Source: Candidatus Woesearchaeota archaeon
Lineage (GTDB): Archaea > Nanobdellota > Nanobdellia > SCGC-AAA011-G17 > PNOQ01
Assembly: GCA_018652625.1 (NCBI GenBank)
Contig: JABIBT010000021.1
Span: 14,502-78,501, forward strand
Direction of reading: 5' to 3'
DNA length: 64,000 bases
Part shown: piece by piece, positions 18,642-29,622 of the stretch
Layout of the letters: every line of letters starts with the position of its first letter
How positions within the stretch are numbered: position 1 is the stretch's first letter
Position numbers and translations under genes: made by a program
Notes under the pieces: model-generated
What the model was told of the DNA's origin: nothing
The model's database searches: none
Seen by the model: only the letters and a program-made list of their open reading frames with translations

Positions 18642-19437
18642 GATGGAAGAATTAGAATCGAAGAGTATTTATGTTTTAAGAGAGGCGTACAAAAAGTTTG
18701 GAAAAGTCGGAATTTTATGGAGCATGGGCAAAGATTCTACTGTTTTGTTATGGTTGGCCATGAAGGCATTTTATGGACATGTTCCGTTTCCAGTGATTCA
18801 TATTGATACTACATTTAAGTTTCCTGAGATGTATGCTTTTAGGGAAAATTTGGCTAAGAAATGGAATCTTAATTTAATGGTTGGGATGAATAAGGAAGCC
18901 ATTCTAAATGGGATTAATTATGATAATAATTCTGCCTTAGAAGTATGTGATCATATGAAAACTGTTGCTTTAAAAAATTTTGTTGGGGAAAATAAATTTG
19001 AGGGTCTAATTTTAGCTATTCGTGCTGATGAAGAGGGTTCTAGATCCAAAGAAAGATTCTTTAGTAAGAGAAATTCTGATTTTGAGTGGGATTATACTGA
19101 TCAACCTCCAGAACTGTGGGACCAATTTAATTCTGATTTTAAAAAAGATGAACATATTAGAGTACACCCAATTTTACATTGGACAGAATATGATGTATGG
19201 GAATATATCAAGAGAGAAGGTATACCGGTTATTAGTTTATATTTTTCTAAGGAAGGTAAAAGGTATAGAAGTTTAGGATGTATGCCTATCACTTCTCCTA
19301 TGACCTCTAATGCAGATACAGTTGATAAGATTGTTGAGGAAATAAGGACAATAAAAACTGCAGAAAGGGAAGGCAGGGGCCAAGATAAAGAGGACGCATA
19401 TGCATTACAAAAACTAAGAGCAAAGGGGTATATGTAA
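18634..19437 (+). CDS. cysD: Sulfate adenylyltransferase subunit 2
   Basis: WSMGKDS, HIDTTFKFPEMY, RADEEGSRSKER, QPPELW, RSLGC; start moved to ATG 18634 (SD GAGGAG). Confidence 0.92.
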   Translation: MDRMEELESKSIYVLREAYKKFGKVGILWSMGKDSTVLLWLAMKAFYGHVPFPVIHIDTTFKFPEMYAFRENLAKKWNLNLMVGMNKEAILNGINYDNNSALEVCDHMKTVALKNFVGENKFEGLILAIRADEEGSRSKERFFSKRNSDFEWDYTDQPPELWDQFNSDFKKDEHIRVHPILHWTEYDVWEYIKREGIPVISLYFSKEGKRYRSLGCMPITSPMTSNADTVDKIVEEIRTIKTAEREGRGQDKEDAYALQKLRAKGYM

Positions 19438-19644
19438 ATGGGTGATAAAAATACACGTTCTATTGTAAAGGCAATAACTTGGAGAGTTTTTGCTACTTTA
19501 ATTACTATGCTTTTAGTGTTTTTTATAACTAAGGAGGTTGCTCTTTCTTTTGGAATTGGTATTTTGGATGTATTTTACAAATTATTATTTTATTATTTTC
19601 ATGAAAGAACATGGAATCATATTAAATGGGGGAAAGATTCATGA
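19438..19644 (+). CDS. DUF2061-like small membrane protein
   Basis: [10 protein letters not shown]...YYFHERTW signature, commonly near cys genes. Confidence 0.75.
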   Translation: MGDKNTRSIVKAITWRVFATLITMLLVFFITKEVALSFGIGILDVFYKLLFYYFHERTWNHIKWGKDS

Positions 19645-21512
19645 ATAAAGAATCTTTAAAATTTGTAATTGTTGGCCATGTTGATCACGGTAAAAGTACA
19701 CTTATTGGTAGGTTATTGTATGATACAGGTTCTTTGAAAGAAGGAGTGATAGAAAAAGTTAAGAGAGTTTCAGAAGAAATTGGAAAAGAGTTTGAATATG
19801 CTTATTTATTGGATGCCTTAAAAGAAGAGCAAGAGCAGGGGATTACTATAGATACAACTAAGATTGAATTTTCTACCGATAAGAGACAATATACTATTAT
19901 TGATGCCCCGGGGCATAAAGAGTTTTTAAAAAATATGATTAGTGGTGCTTCTAATGCTGAGGCAGCTATTTTAATTGTTGATGCTGATGAAGGAGTCAGA
20001 GAACAAACTAAAAGACACGCGTATATTTTGTATTTGCTTGGAATAAAACAAGTTCATGTTATTATTAATAAAATGGATTTAGTTGATTTCTCACAAGAAA
20101 GGTATGAGGAAGTTAGAGATGAGATTAAAGATTATTTGGTGAGGTTGGAAATTTTTCCTAAAAAATATATTCCTATTTCTGCAAAATTAGGTGATAATGT
20201 TATTAAAAAATCTCCAAATATGGAATGGGGAAATAATGAAACTGTGTTGAGTGCTATTGATGATTTTGAAAAATTGGAAGGATTGGAGGATAAACCTTTA
20301 AGATTTCCAATCCAAGATATTTATAAGTTTGATGATCGAAGAATAATTTCTGGAAGAATTGAATCTGGATTTCTTGAAGTTGGACAAGAAATTAGGTTAT
20401 TGCCTTCTAATCAAAAGACAAAAGTTATCTCAATTGAACAATGGAAAGAAAAGGAAAAGAAAACTTCTTTGATGTGTGGAGAATATGCAGGAATAACCGT
20501 ATCGGATAACCATTTTTTTAAAAGAGGAGATGTTATTACTTCTCTAAATGATCTGCCTACAATTAATAATTTGTTTGGATGTAGTTTGTTTTGGATGGGA
20601 AAAAATGATTTAATTAAAGGAAAACAGTATATTTTAAAATTAAATTCCCAAGAAATTCCTTGTGAAGTTTATGAAGTCCAAGGAGTTATTGATTCTAACA
20701 CTTTAGAACAAATTCCCGGAAAAGATTTTTTATCTAAACATGATGTGGGAAATATTATTATTAAAACTAAAAAACCTATTGTTTATGATCCCTTTAACGA
20801 AATTCCTACCAACGGTAGATTTGTCCTTGTTGATGAATTACAGGTTTCTGGTGGGGGAATAATTGAGAAAAGTTCTAAAGAGATTAAGGAAAGAAGAGTA
20901 ATTGAGACCAGCAAGGAAGTTTCTGTTGTTCCAAAATCTAGTTTGATTGAACCAAAAGATAGGCATAAGAAACAAGGGCATAAGGGAAATGTGGTTTGGC
21001 TTACTGGAATTCCGGGTTGTGGAAAAGAAATGATTGCAAAAAATTTAGAAAAAGAGTTGTTTAAGAAAGGAAAATCTGTTTGCTATTTAGATGCTAGTAA
21101 TATTCGATTGACTTTAAATTCTGATTTGAATTTTTCTAAAGAATCAAGATATGAACATATAAGGAGGCTAGCAGAAGTTGCGAATATTTTATATAATCTT
21201 GGACATATTGTAATTGTTTCTGCAGTTAGTCCTTACTCTGATGGAAGAAAATATGCTAGAAGTATAATTGGAGTGGATAATTTTATAGAGGTTTTTGTTG
21301 ATATGCCATTAGATATTTGTAAAGAAATTAACCCAAGGGGAATTTATACAAAAGCAGAAAAAGGAGAGCGAAAAGGGGTCCCCGGTGTAGATATAGAATA
21401 TGAAAAATCTGATTATCTGATTCATACCCTGAATATTAATAAAAAAGAGTTTAATATATCTGAGAAAGTAACTGAATTGCTTTCTTTATTGGATAAAAAT
21501 ACCAAGTTATAA
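19641..21512 (+). CDS. cysN: Sulfate adenylyltransferase subunit 1 fused to degenerate APS kinase domain
   Basis: [23 protein letters not shown] GTPase motifs; C-terminal CysC-like domain with altered P-loop [13 protein letters not shown] overlap start at 19641. Confidence 0.9.
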   Translation: MNKESLKFVIVGHVDHGKSTLIGRLLYDTGSLKEGVIEKVKRVSEEIGKEFEYAYLLDALKEEQEQGITIDTTKIEFSTDKRQYTIIDAPGHKEFLKNMISGASNAEAAILIVDADEGVREQTKRHAYILYLLGIKQVHVIINKMDLVDFSQERYEEVRDEIKDYLVRLEIFPKKYIPISAKLGDNVIKKSPNMEWGNNETVLSAIDDFEKLEGLEDKPLRFPIQDIYKFDDRRIISGRIESGFLEVGQEIRLLPSNQKTKVISIEQWKEKEKKTSLMCGEYAGITVSDNHFFKRGDVITSLNDLPTINNLFGCSLFWMGKNDLIKGKQYILKLNSQEIPCEVYEVQGVIDSNTLEQIPGKDFLSKHDVGNIIIKTKKPIVYDPFNEIPTNGRFVLVDELQVSGGGIIEKSSKEIKERRVIETSKEVSVVPKSSLIEPKDRHKKQGHKGNVVWLTGIPGCGKEMIAKNLEKELFKKGKSVCYLDASNIRLTLNSDLNFSKESRYEHIRRLAEVANILYNLGHIVIVSAVSPYSDGRKYARSIIGVDNFIEVFVDMPLDICKEINPRGIYTKAEKGERKGVPGVDIEYEKSDYLIHTLNINKKEFNISEKVTELLSLLDKNTKL

Positions 21513-22940
21513 TTTGTTATTAGAACTATTCTTTATTTTATTTATTAAATTAGTTGTACTTTTTCCTTCCTTTAGTCTGATTAATTCTACTTCTCCACCA
21601 TGTTGTTTTACTATATCTCCTCCAACCACGCCAGATTCTTCATAATCTGAAGCTTTGACTAATTTATGAGGAATTATTTCTTTTATTAAATTCAATGGAG
21701 TGTCTTCATCAAAGAAGATAATATAATCTACGCTTTCTAAACTTGCTAATACTTCTGCTCTTTCTGCCCCGTTATTTATTGGTCTTGTTGGTCCCTTTAT
21801 CCTATTTATAGACTCATCAGTGTTCAATCCTAATATTAAGGTGTCTCCTAAGGATTTTGCTTCTTTTAGCAAGTGGGTGTGTCCTGCGTGAAGTATATCA
21901 AAACAACCATTTGTGAAAACTATTTTTTTATTGTTGTTTTTTAGTTTTTCTACTATTTCTTTTATTTCTGATAGATGTTTTATTTTTGTTTCTTGTATGC
22001 TGAAACTTTTCTTCAATTCATTTGTTGAGAGTGTGGAGGTTCCTAATTTTCCTATAACTATTCCTGCAGCGTGATTTCCAAGAATTATACTTTCATGGAG
22101 GTTTGAATTTGAAGAAATTGCTAAAGCAAGGGTTGCCATGAATGTGTCTCCTGCTCCGGAAACATCATAAATCTCTTTTGCCTTTGTTGGAAAATAGTGA
22201 GTTTCCTGTTCTTCAAATAAATATGCCCCTTTTTCTCCACACCTTAGAATTAGTTTTGTGTTGAAATTTTTGGTTATTTTTTCTCCAATTTTATTTATAT
22301 CTTTTTCTTTTGTTATTTCTTTACCTTCTTTTAAATTTGGAGAAATTATAAATGTATCTTTATAATATTCAATATTTTCTGGCTTTGGATCCACTATTAT
22401 TTTTTTATTTAATTCTTTTAATTTTGACATTAAATATGGGGTGATAATTCCTTTATTATAATCTGAGATCAAAATTATATCAAAGTTATTTTCTTTTATT
22501 TTTTCAATTATTTTATCTGCTTCTTCATCTTTTATTTCTATTATATTTTCATTGTCTATTCTGATTACTTGTTGGTTTCTAGCAATTATTCTTGTTTTTT
22601 TTATTGTTGGAATGTTTTCATTTTCTATTAGAAAATATCTTATCTCTTTGTCGTTTAGTTTTTTAATTAGAATTTCTTTTGTTTCATCTTTTCCTATTTG
22701 TCCAATTAATGTACATTTCCCCCCTAGGGAAACAATATTGTTTGCTACGTTTGCAGCTCCACCAAGCCTATGTTCCGTTTTTTGTGTGTCTAATACTGGG
22801 ACCGGTGCTTCAGGATTTATTCTGGAAACTTCTCCGATTATATACTCGTCTATCATTACGTCTCCAATAACTAAAATGTGTTTTTCTTGAAATTTATCTA
22901 TGATATTATCTATTTCTTGCATTTTATTCTGTGAAAACAT
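21507..22940 (-). CDS. hldE: Bifunctional heptose-7-phosphate kinase / heptose-1-phosphate adenylyltransferase
   Basis: [32 protein letters not shown] (kinase); [18 protein letters not shown] (transferase). Start uncertain (22940 or 22922). Confidence 0.92.
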   Translation of the reverse strand: MFSQNKMQEIDNIIDKFQEKHILVIGDVMIDEYIIGEVSRINPEAPVPVLDTQKTEHRLGGAANVANNIVSLGGKCTLIGQIGKDETKEILIKKLNDKEIRYFLIENENIPTIKKTRIIARNQQVIRIDNENIIEIKDEEADKIIEKIKENNFDIILISDYNKGIITPYLMSKLKELNKKIIVDPKPENIEYYKDTFIISPNLKEGKEITKEKDINKIGEKITKNFNTKLILRCGEKGAYLFEEQETHYFPTKAKEIYDVSGAGDTFMATLALAISSNSNLHESIILGNHAAGIVIGKLGTSTLSTNELKKSFSIQETKIKHLSEIKEIVEKLKNNNKKIVFTNGCFDILHAGHTHLLKEAKSLGDTLILGLNTDESINRIKGPTRPINNGAERAEVLASLESVDYIIFFDEDTPLNLIKEIIPHKLVKASDYEESGVVGGDIVKQHGGEVELIRLKEGKSTTNLINKIKNSSNNKL

Positions 22941-22997
22941 TTTTCTTATATCAACGGGGCACCGAGAATTATTTATAAACATTATGAATCTATTTTC

Positions 22998-23567
22998 TTA
23001 AAATAAATTGTCTTCTATTAGTTTACACCAAGTGTGGATAATTGTTATGTGAGATTCTTGTATTCTAGCTGTGTTTTGAGAAGGAATTATTAAGTTGGAG
23101 TTTAAGTTTAAGTTGTTTATTTTTCCTCCGTCTTTCCCGTTTAGACAGATTGTTTTCATTCCGTTGTTTTTTGCTATTTCAAAAGCTTTTATTATGTTGT
23201 TAGAATTTCCAGAAGTGCTTATACCTACTAATACATCTCCTTCGTTTCCTAATGATTCTATTTGTTTTTTGAATACTTCTTCATATCCGAAGTCGTTTGA
23301 ACATGCTGTTAAAGTTGAAGTATCTGTTGTTAATGCAATGGCGGGTAAAGATTTTCTGTCTTTTTCAAATCTAATCAAAAGTTCTGCTGCGAAGTGTTGT
23401 GCGTCTGCTGCAGACCCGCCATTTCCACAAATTAGAATTTTTTTATTGTTTTTTAAAGAATTTATTAAAATGTTTGCTGAGTTTTCTATCTCTTTTGTTA
23501 GATTTTGTATTACTTTATTTTTTGTTTCTATTGAATCTTGAAATATTTGTTTTATAGTATCTTCCAT
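22998..23567 (-). CDS. gmhA: Sedoheptulose-7-phosphate isomerase
   Basis: [29 protein letters not shown]. Confidence 0.93.
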   Translation of the reverse strand: MEDTIKQIFQDSIETKNKVIQNLTKEIENSANILINSLKNNKKILICGNGGSAADAQHFAAELLIRFEKDRKSLPAIALTTDTSTLTACSNDFGYEEVFKKQIESLGNEGDVLVGISTSGNSNNIIKAFEIAKNNGMKTICLNGKDGGKINNLNLNSNLIIPSQNTARIQESHITIIHTWCKLIEDNLF

Positions 23568-24637
23568 TTTTTATTTAGTTTGTTTACCTCTTTTATTACA
23601 TCTTCAACTTGTATGTTTTTCATGTGTGGATGATTTTTACAGTTAGGAATTTTGTATTCATGTACGTTTATACATGGTTTTGAAAGTATTGGCTTATATA
23701 CATAACTATTTTTTTTGCCTAGTGGTGCAAATCTTACCGGGGTGTTTGGGCAAAATAGGCCTATTGTTGGAGTTCCTTGTGCTGCTGCTATGTGCATTGG
23801 TCCAGTGTCAGAACTGATCATAAGGTTTAGTTTAGAAGTTAGAGCCAATGTCTTTTTTAATTCTATATTAGTTGTATTGGCTGTATTTAGATAATTTAAT
23901 TTCTTTTGAAATGATTCAATTATATCTTTTTCACTTGGAGATCCGATAATTATAAAAGTAGGATTATATTTTTTTATTAATTCTTTAGAAAGTTCTAACC
24001 ATTTGTTCATTGGCCACCTTCTTGAGGTTCCAGTCCCTCCAGTTGTTATGCATAGTCCGATTAATGGTTTTTTTAGAACTTTAGAGTTTGCCCAGTTTAT
24101 TGAGTCATTTCCAGGATTTAATTCTGTCAATTCTGTCAATTTGTCTTGAGGTACCTTTAATGTGTTTGTTAGTTTTATGAAGTTGTCTGCTGAGTGTATT
24201 TTATCGTTGAATTTTATTTTTTTTGTGTAGAGGAAAGCAGCTTTTTTTTGTTTGTAACCTATTGAGTTCTTTGCTAACCAAAATGAAAAGAAACTTCCTA
24301 AGTTCATGAAAGGTTCTGTGTCTATAGCTAAATCAAACTTTTTAAACATAAGAAATAATTTTAAGTTGAATGTTTTTATTTCGTCTATGAACTCTTGATT
24401 TTCAAATAGTATTTTGTTTTGAGTAGTGCATATTACTGTTATTTTTGAGTTTGGATATTTTTCTTTTATTCTTTTTATCATTGGTAATGTTAGAATTGAT
24501 TCTCCAAGTGACCAAAATCTTATTATTGCTATGTTTTTTATTTTCTTTTTTGCTTTGAATATTTTTAGAATAGATAAAAAGTAGCATAGTATTAAAATTA
24601 AATACTTATCTGTTATTTTTGCTAGTTTTACTTTCAT
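23552..24637 (-). CDS. GT9 heptosyltransferase-like glycosyltransferase
   Basis: [26 protein letters not shown] motifs; adjacent to gmhA/hldE. Confidence 0.85.
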   Translation of the reverse strand: MKVKLAKITDKYLILILCYFLSILKIFKAKKKIKNIAIIRFWSLGESILTLPMIKRIKEKYPNSKITVICTTQNKILFENQEFIDEIKTFNLKLFLMFKKFDLAIDTEPFMNLGSFFSFWLAKNSIGYKQKKAAFLYTKKIKFNDKIHSADNFIKLTNTLKVPQDKLTELTELNPGNDSINWANSKVLKKPLIGLCITTGGTGTSRRWPMNKWLELSKELIKKYNPTFIIIGSPSEKDIIESFQKKLNYLNTANTTNIELKKTLALTSKLNLMISSDTGPMHIAAAQGTPTIGLFCPNTPVRFAPLGKKNSYVYKPILSKPCINVHEYKIPNCKNHPHMKNIQVEDVIKEVNKLNKKWKIL

Positions 24638-24941
24638 TTTTTATTGCAACTGTTCTTATTATTTTTGTTATTTTTTTCTCGGTATCTTCAAGCTTTGCGT
24701 ATAGTCTAAATATCATATAAGAGAGTACTATTAATGTTGCGTAGATACTCAAATAAATACCAGATGAAACTCCTAGGATTTCTGCTAGTTTGATAACGAA
24801 AGTTGGGTAGATTGCTGCAGCCATAACCCCTAACCAAAAAACCATCCAGAACATAGATTCTAGTCTGTTTTTTATATTTAGTATAACTCTACTAAATGCA
24901 AATAAAGCGAAAATTAATATTATGATTTGTATGAAGTCCAT
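24606..24941 (-). CDS. DUF2304-like membrane protein
   Basis: Three TM helices plus C-terminal KITKIIRTVAI; typical partner of upstream GT2. Confidence 0.7.
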   Translation of the reverse strand: MDFIQIIILIFALFAFSRVILNIKNRLESMFWMVFWLGVMAAAIYPTFVIKLAEILGVSSGIYLSIYATLIVLSYMIFRLYAKLEDTEKKITKIIRTVAIKNESKTSKNNR

Positions 24942-24944
24942 TTT

Positions 24945-25625
24945 TTAGGTTCCCATTTTTTTGAATATCATTTTTAGTAATATTTGTATTGCGTCAAATC
25001 TACCTTGGCCCTTTCTTCCTTCTTTTAAGTGTCTTTCTTCATAGATAATATTTACTGGGATTTCTTTGTATCTGACTTTGTTCTTTTTTATTTTTTCAAG
25101 TATTTCTGAAGCGTGTTCCATTTTGTCTGTTGTCATTATTGTTTTCTTTGCTCCTTCTCTTGAGAATGCCCTGAATCCATTGTGTACATCTGTTAGTTTT
25201 ATGTGATACATTACCCAAATTAGGAATATGCCTCCCTTTAAAACAATTTTTCTTTTTAGTGGCATTTTTTGTTTACTTAGAAATCTTGATCCTAAACAAG
25301 CTTCAAAATTTTCATTTTTTATTGGTGCTAAGAGTTTTTCTATTTCGTCAGGATTGTGTTGTCCATCTGAATCGAAGTGGATTATATACTCTGCGTTATT
25401 TAATAGGGCGTAAGTCATTCCAGTTTGCAGTGCTGCCCCTTGTCCCCTGTTGATTATGTGTTTTAATGCTGTTACATTCTTTGATTTGGCTACTTCGTAA
25501 GTTTTGTCTGTTGATCCATCATCTACTACAACAATATTATTGTATCCTCTTTCTTTTAGGTTGTCTAATACCTGGCCCAAGTATTTTTCTTCGTTTAAGG
25601 CAGGTATTACTATAAATGTACTCAT
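24945..25625 (-). CDS. GT2 polyprenol-phosphate glycosyltransferase
   Basis: IPALNEE, VVDDGSTD, NRGQGAA, FDSDGQH, GSRF, TDVHNGFR. Confidence 0.88.
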   Translation of the reverse strand: MSTFIVIPALNEEKYLGQVLDNLKERGYNNIVVVDDGSTDKTYEVAKSKNVTALKHIINRGQGAALQTGMTYALLNNAEYIIHFDSDGQHNPDEIEKLLAPIKNENFEACLGSRFLSKQKMPLKRKIVLKGGIFLIWVMYHIKLTDVHNGFRAFSREGAKKTIMTTDKMEHASEILEKIKKNKVRYKEIPVNIIYEERHLKEGRKGQGRFDAIQILLKMIFKKMGT

Positions 25626-25692
25626 TAGATTTGTGATTTCTTGATTGTTTATAAGAATAATGGAGTTTTCTTCTATTTAAAAAAAGAAAAAA

Positions 25693-27165
25693 TTAGTGTG
25701 GTGCGGCCATAAAAAAGATGTCCGGGATGTGTGGATTTAAGACATTTATTATTTTTGAAGCTCTGTTGTTTGTTTCATCTATTTCTTCGATTATGTTGTA
25801 TCTGTCTACAATTACTATTATTTCATGTTCTCCTGGCGAAGTTACTGTCCAAGGGATTATTACTACTTCTGTTTGTAAACCTTCTATGGACATTTCTATC
25901 TCTCCAAGTATAGAGTGTGTTCTCATATCATAAAAGAAAACTGTGAAATTTTCTGCTGTAAGATTTTCTATGTTTCTTACCATAGCAAAAATTTGTATAT
26001 TGTCTCCAGGTTTTGGGTGATTGTTGCTAAATCCTATATCTTGATCTCTTATTCTTAAATCTGGAAGAGTAAATACACTAATTGGTTTGAATGCTATATT
26101 GTTTTCTTCGTTTTCTTCATTTATTTGGTCATCTGCATCAACCCACACGTGTATATCGTAGTCTCCTTCTATTTCTGGAATCCATTCTAGTTGTGCGAAG
26201 AAAGTACTTCTGTCTTTTATTTGAACTAGGTCTTCTCCAAGATATGTTTCTTCAGATGGTTCTCCAGAGTAGAATCTTACTAAAATTTGTTCTGGATCTT
26301 CATCTAGAAGGTTTTTGAAAAAAGCAGTTATTGTTACCGGTGTTCCTTTCATAATTGAATCATTGCTAAAAATAATATCTTCTGAAGTTATTTCGAAATC
26401 TGCGTTTATATTTATTTGAAATGGATAAGCCAATCCTTCATTATTATTGTATAATTCCAGAATTTCTTCTTCTGATAATGCTCTGTGCCATACTCCCATT
26501 TCATCAAGATCGCTGTTTAAATATTCTCCGATTGATTGTAGTAGTCCAATCGTTGTTTCTGTATTATGGGTGTGCATTGATGTGGCATATTCAAAATTTA
26601 TTGTTTCGTCGACTCCATCAAGATATATTTTTCCTGTATCCTCCCCGGCCCAAGTAATAACAACATGGTGCCATTGATTATTAGAATAAAAATCGGGACC
26701 TTTATTGTTTCCAGTATCGGCAATGACATAATTATCATTATTTGCCCAAGATCCAAAATTTATTTTTTCATTTAATTGATTTGGGTAAATTAATCTAAAT
26801 GTCCATTGGTTTTGGCTTCCAGAATAACATGAAATTATTGTTTGTAATGGGGTAGAACTGTCCATTTTAATCCAAGTTGAAATAGAAAAACTTTCTGCAC
26901 CAAGCAGCAGATTTTCTGGTATTATTATATAATCTTGACTCCCATCGAAATGAAATGCTTCACCAATTACCCCGCTGGCTCCGGTTGTAACCCCCGTCAT
27001 TAATCCGGTATGGTTGTTATCCGATAAGTCATAAATTGTATCTCCAGAGATATGCGAGTCATCAAAAGAATAATACATTTCTAGATCATCTATCAGTTCT
27101 GCGTTGACGTTGTTTATAGAAATCATGAATAAGGCCAAAATTATGATTAAAATCTTGTATTTCAT
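25693..27165 (-). CDS. Secreted LamG/ConA-like plus two CARDB-like domain protein
   Basis: Signal peptide; YYSFD..DLSDN, FSISTWIK, WHHVVITW, LDEMGVWHRALS; two repeats ending VD..D.I.E..E.NN.A.K. Confidence 0.8.
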   Translation of the reverse strand: MKYKILIIILALFMISINNVNAELIDDLEMYYSFDDSHISGDTIYDLSDNNHTGLMTGVTTGASGVIGEAFHFDGSQDYIIIPENLLLGAESFSISTWIKMDSSTPLQTIISCYSGSQNQWTFRLIYPNQLNEKINFGSWANNDNYVIADTGNNKGPDFYSNNQWHHVVITWAGEDTGKIYLDGVDETINFEYATSMHTHNTETTIGLLQSIGEYLNSDLDEMGVWHRALSEEEILELYNNNEGLAYPFQININADFEITSEDIIFSNDSIMKGTPVTITAFFKNLLDEDPEQILVRFYSGEPSEETYLGEDLVQIKDRSTFFAQLEWIPEIEGDYDIHVWVDADDQINEENEENNIAFKPISVFTLPDLRIRDQDIGFSNNHPKPGDNIQIFAMVRNIENLTAENFTVFFYDMRTHSILGEIEMSIEGLQTEVVIIPWTVTSPGEHEIIVIVDRYNIIEEIDETNNRASKIINVLNPHIPDIFFMAAPH

Positions 27166-27244
27166 CTTGATTGGGGTAGTTTATATCAATTTATAAATGT
27201 TATTTTTAGAAAATTATATAAACTGAATAAAAAATTACTATAAT

Positions 27245-28096
27245 ATGGCTTTAGAGTCAATTATTAATCCGGCAAAGGCAGCCCAACATCCAAGTAGGAT
27301 GCTTTTTATTGGTTTTTTATATGCCAGTATTGCTTTATTTTTATCTACTTGGATTTTTAGAAGCCATGCAAGCCTGATTATGGTTTTTTTGACAGTTATT
27401 GCTTCCATTCCATTTATGTATAAAACCCTTAAGATGGAGGAGAAGTTAGATATAAAGTTAAAAAAAGAAAGTAAAATACTTAAGGAACATGCTAGGGTCA
27501 TTAAGGCTTTATTATATTTGTTTGGAGGATATGTTTTAGCTTTTTCATTGTGGTTTATTGTTTTACCTAGTGGGATGGTTCAAAGTTTGTTTTCTGCTCA
27601 GTTAGATACTATTAGTGCGATTAATAATCAGATTTCTGGAAATGTAGTTAATTCTGGATCTATTTTGTTACAGATATTTTTTAATAATTTTAAGGTTATG
27701 TTATTTTGTTTGTTCTTTTCTTTCTTTTATGGAGCAGGAGCAATTTTTATTTTAACCTGGAATGCTTCTGTTATTGGAGCAGCAATTGGTAGTTTTGTTA
27801 AAGAGAAGCTTGCTGCCTTAGCATTATCTGCCGGGTCTGCTAATATTTTTCATTATTTTCAATTTTTATCTTTGGGGTTGGCTAGATATGCCATTCATGG
27901 AATTCCAGAAATAGCTGCGTATTTTGTAGCTGGGCTGGCTGGAGGAATAATCTCTGTAGCAATGGTTAATAGAGATTTGGATAGTCCCAAATTTCATATT
28001 ATTTTGAAGGACGCTTTGGAACTTGTTTTGATTGCTATTTTGATTTTAGTTGTAGCTGCATTTATGGAAGTGTATTTGACACCAGTGTTTTTTTAA
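27245..28096 (+). CDS. SpoIIM-family membrane protein
   Basis: IFFNNFKV, WNASVIG, HGIPEIAAY, AAFMEVYLTP. Confidence 0.8.
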   Translation: MALESIINPAKAAQHPSRMLFIGFLYASIALFLSTWIFRSHASLIMVFLTVIASIPFMYKTLKMEEKLDIKLKKESKILKEHARVIKALLYLFGGYVLAFSLWFIVLPSGMVQSLFSAQLDTISAINNQISGNVVNSGSILLQIFFNNFKVMLFCLFFSFFYGAGAIFILTWNASVIGAAIGSFVKEKLAALALSAGSANIFHYFQFLSLGLARYAIHGIPEIAAYFVAGLAGGIISVAMVNRDLDSPKFHIILKDALELVLIAILILVVAAFMEVYLTPVFF

Positions 28097-28146
28097 TCTA
28101 ATCTTTCAAAACATTTATAATCAAACATAATTTTCTCATCTTTAAC

Positions 28147-29622
28147 GTGAGTATTGAAAAAAGAACTACAAAAGCAGCCCTAATAGTTTCTGTTGCAGGA
28201 ATAGTAGTAGTTTTGTTATCATACCTATTAAGAGTTATTTTAGCTAGAACTTTAACATTAGCAGATTATGGTTTGTTTTACGCAGTTTTTGCTGTTGTTC
28301 AACTTTTCTTGTTTTTTGAAGGTTTTGGAACCCCTACGGCCCTAGTTAAATTTATTTCTCAGTTTAAATCACAGGAAGAATATGGAAAAATAAAAACAAT
28401 TATTTTCTCTACTTTTTTTATTCAATTGATATCTTTATCTTTTATTAGTTTAATTTTATATTTAATTGCTCCATTTTTAGCAGAGCATTATTTTAAGACT
28501 AGTGCAGCAGAATTATTGATTAAGTTATTTGTTTTATACATACTATTAGGATTCTTATTTAAATTAACTAGGGGGATTTTTAATGGATTTCAAAAGTTTA
28601 AGATTTTTGCTTTAATGGAACCAATAAGGTTAATTATTGTTATTTTTTCTTTGTTCATTTTACTAGCTTTAGATTATGGAGTTTTGGCTCCAATATTAGC
28701 TTTCAATATAGCTTGGATTCTTACCGTTTTGTTTTTTGTTATTCCTTTATTTAAAACAGTGAAATTTTCAAAGTACAAAATTTCTAAACCCTACTTAATG
28801 GGAAGAAAATTACTAAAATTTGGATTTCCTTTGATGTTTGTAGGGGTTAGCAGTAAAGTAATATCATATCTTGATACTATTGTGCTAACATATTTTATTG
28901 GTTTAGACCAGGTAGGAATCTATAATGCAATTTTACCTTCATCTTTAATATTTTTATTTTTAGGAAATGCACTAGCTAATGTTTTGTTGCCGGTTTCTTC
29001 TGAATTGTGGGTTTCAAAACTGAAAGATAAGATTTCTAGTAGTTTAAATAATGCTTACAAATTTGTTTTATTTTTTACTTTGCCTTTGATTTTAGCAGTT
29101 ATGATTTATGCTGAATTTTTTATAGGATTTGTTTTTGGTGAGGGGTTTGTCCCTGGAGCAAATGTTTTTAGGATTTTATTAATAGGTGTTGCTTTTTTTA
29201 GTATTGCAGTTATGAATAACTCTATTTTAGTGGGAGTTGGAAAAACTAAAACGGTTATGAAAATTTTAATATCTGCTTCTATAATTAATTTGATTTTGAA
29301 TTTAATCTTAATTCCTTCTTTTGGAATAATGGGGGCCGCAGTTTCTACTTCATTTAGTTATATTCTTGTTTTAGCATTTAATTATAATTTTATTAAAGAG
29401 AAAATGGGAGTTTCCTTAAATAAATCAAATATTGTTAAATTAGTAATTGGTTCGTTAATTTTTGCTTTGATTTTGTTAATTTTGAAATCAGTTGTTGATT
29501 GGGGAATTTGGTATGAACTAATCTTTGGAATTTTAGTTTCTGGAGCAGTTTATGTTTTGTTTATGTTTAAAATGAAAGTAATTACAATTTCTGAGTTAAG
29601 AAGATTAGTTAGAAAGGAGTGA
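28147..29622 (+). CDS. Wzx-type oligosaccharide flippase
   Basis: LARTL..DYGLF, YLDTIVL..VGIYN, LIPSFGIMGAAVST; 12-14 TM. Confidence 0.85.
   Translation: MSIEKRTTKAALIVSVAGIVVVLLSYLLRVILARTLTLADYGLFYAVFAVVQLFLFFEGFGTPTALVKFISQFKSQEEYGKIKTIIFSTFFIQLISLSFISLILYLIAPFLAEHYFKTSAAELLIKLFVLYILLGFLFKLTRGIFNGFQKFKIFALMEPIRLIIVIFSLFILLALDYGVLAPILAFNIAWILTVLFFVIPLFKTVKFSKYKISKPYLMGRKLLKFGFPLMFVGVSSKVISYLDTIVLTYFIGLDQVGIYNAILPSSLIFLFLGNALANVLLPVSSELWVSKLKDKISSSLNNAYKFVLFFTLPLILAVMIYAEFFIGFVFGEGFVPGANVFRILLIGVAFFSIAVMNNSILVGVGKTKTVMKILISASIINLILNLILIPSFGIMGAAVSTSFSYILVLAFNYNFIKEKMGVSLNKSNIVKLVIGSLIFALILLILKSVVDWGIWYELIFGILVSGAVYVLFMFKMKVITISELRRLVRKE

Noticed and set aside
21507..24637. LPS biosynthesis / bacterial contig
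   Set aside because: No lipid A genes; the genes use the same archaeal TATA-type promoters and are surrounded by archaeal markers.
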